A stretch of 64,000 nt of DNA from Squalus acanthias (lineage: Eukaryota), in NCBI GenBank assembly GCA_030390025.1, contig CM059438.1, positions 56,422,001 to 56,486,000 on the forward strand, read 5' to 3'. Position 1 is the first letter of the stretch; each line of letters opens with the position of its first letter. A program made the translations under genes and the position numbers. The notes under the pieces are model-generated. The model was not told the DNA's origin. It saw only the letters and a program-made list of their open reading frames with translations, and made no database searches. Positions 62,865 to 64,000 of this stretch are shown here, in pieces.

Positions 62865-63455
62865 TAACTGGCCTGTAGTTCCCTGTTTTCTTACTCCCTC
62901 CTTTCTTGAATAGCAGGGTTACATTTTTTACCTTTTAATCCACGGGGACCATTCTAGAATCTATGGAATTTTGGAAGATCACAACCAATGCATCCACTAT
63001 CTCCGCAGCCACCTCGTTTAGAACCCTAGGATGTAGGCCTCAGGTCCAGAGGATTTGTTGGCTTTTTGTCCCATTAGTTTCTCCAGTACTTTGTCTTTAC
63101 TAATATTAATTACTTTAAGTTCCTCACCCTCAATAGACCCTTGGTTCCCCACAATTTCCGGTATGTTCTTTGTGTCTTCTATTGTGAAGACAGACACAAA
63201 ATATTTGTTTAACATCTCTGCCATTTCCTTATTCCCCATTATAATTTCTCCTGTCTCTGCCTCTAAGGGATGTTTACTTTCGCCAATCTCTCCCTTTTTA
63301 CATACTTGTAAAATCTCTTACAATCTGTTTTTATATTTCTTGCTAGTTTACTCTCATATTCTATTTTTTCCCTCTTGATCAATTCCTTGGTCATCCTTTG
63401 CTGATTTTTTAAAACCCTCACAATCCTCAGACTTACTATTCTTTTTGGCAACATT
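62865..63455 (-). mobile_element. Decayed internal CR1 ORF2 fragment
   Basis: YESKLARNIKTDCKRFYKYVK...EMAEMLNKYFVSVFT...KSSGP. Confidence 0.85.
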
Positions 63456-64000
63456 GGCTCTGTTTAGCAGCAGCAATCTCTTTTCCCCAGTTAGCGAACA
63501 AGCCAAAAAAAACTGGAACTACTTTATTTCGTTGGCAGCAGTATATTAAAACTAAAATAGCCTTGCTCCCTAGTTGCTTCCTCAACATATTGTTCTCGAA
63601 TGTGTATTATATGATTAGGAGACACAGTCACAATTTCTACTGGAACTGACTCTGGTGGAACATCACTTACCCTTCAGGGCTCATCTGGTGTCCTCTCTGA
63701 TTCATCTTACTCTCTTTATGATGTCAGAGTAGCTTCCTCATGATATCATAAAACAATTCAACTGCATGTTTCAAAATTGCATTCAGTAATGGTCCAACTG
63801 GGCCCAACACCCAGGGATGGTCTCTCACCGGTCCTTTGGAAGCGTGGTTAGAGCTTTGCTAGGTTTTTATCTCCTGTATGTATCATACCCAACATTTCAT
63901 GTGTCCACCTTACTGCCGGGAGTGAATGGAATGGTAAGTAGACATTTTCCTGGAGAAAGGGAGATTTATCCACGAGCATTTCTTTATTAAAAAAAACTTG

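Noticed and set aside
63660..63945. Candidate exons ending in GTAAGT donors on either strand
   Set aside because: The minus candidate has stops in all frames; the plus candidate (FLSPVCII...) is too short and unsupported to call.

Overview
Eukaryotic (vertebrate) non-genic DNA, most likely from a cartilaginous fish; this is inferred from the repeat repertoire of CR1 LINEs, a Deu-domain SINE, a Penelope element and Harbinger elements. No host protein-coding gene could be supported. About half the window is tandem repeat (29-, 29-, 15-, 28-, 30- and ~35-bp units plus GA/GGGAGT tracts), and these repeats explain most long ORFs in the track. The rest is mostly transposable elements. (i) An internally deleted retrovirus-like LTR element (7271-10406, minus) with a tRNA-Ser PBS, 5-bp TSD, PPPY motif, two CCHC knuckles and a TGA-C stop in frame between gag and protease. 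(ii) A 1.64-kb solo LTR. (iii) A nested stack: minisatellite > LINE > CR1 > Neptune-type Penelope element, the last with an open RT/GIY-YIG frame and a minimal hammerhead ribozyme. (iv) A full-length PIF/Harbinger transposon (transposase plus a spliced, frameshifted Myb/SANT gene) beside two Harbinger-type MITEs, one inserted inside a second hammerhead motif. (v) Many LINE, SINE and Harbinger relics. There is one 200-N assembly gap. All calls were made by eye, without database searches.
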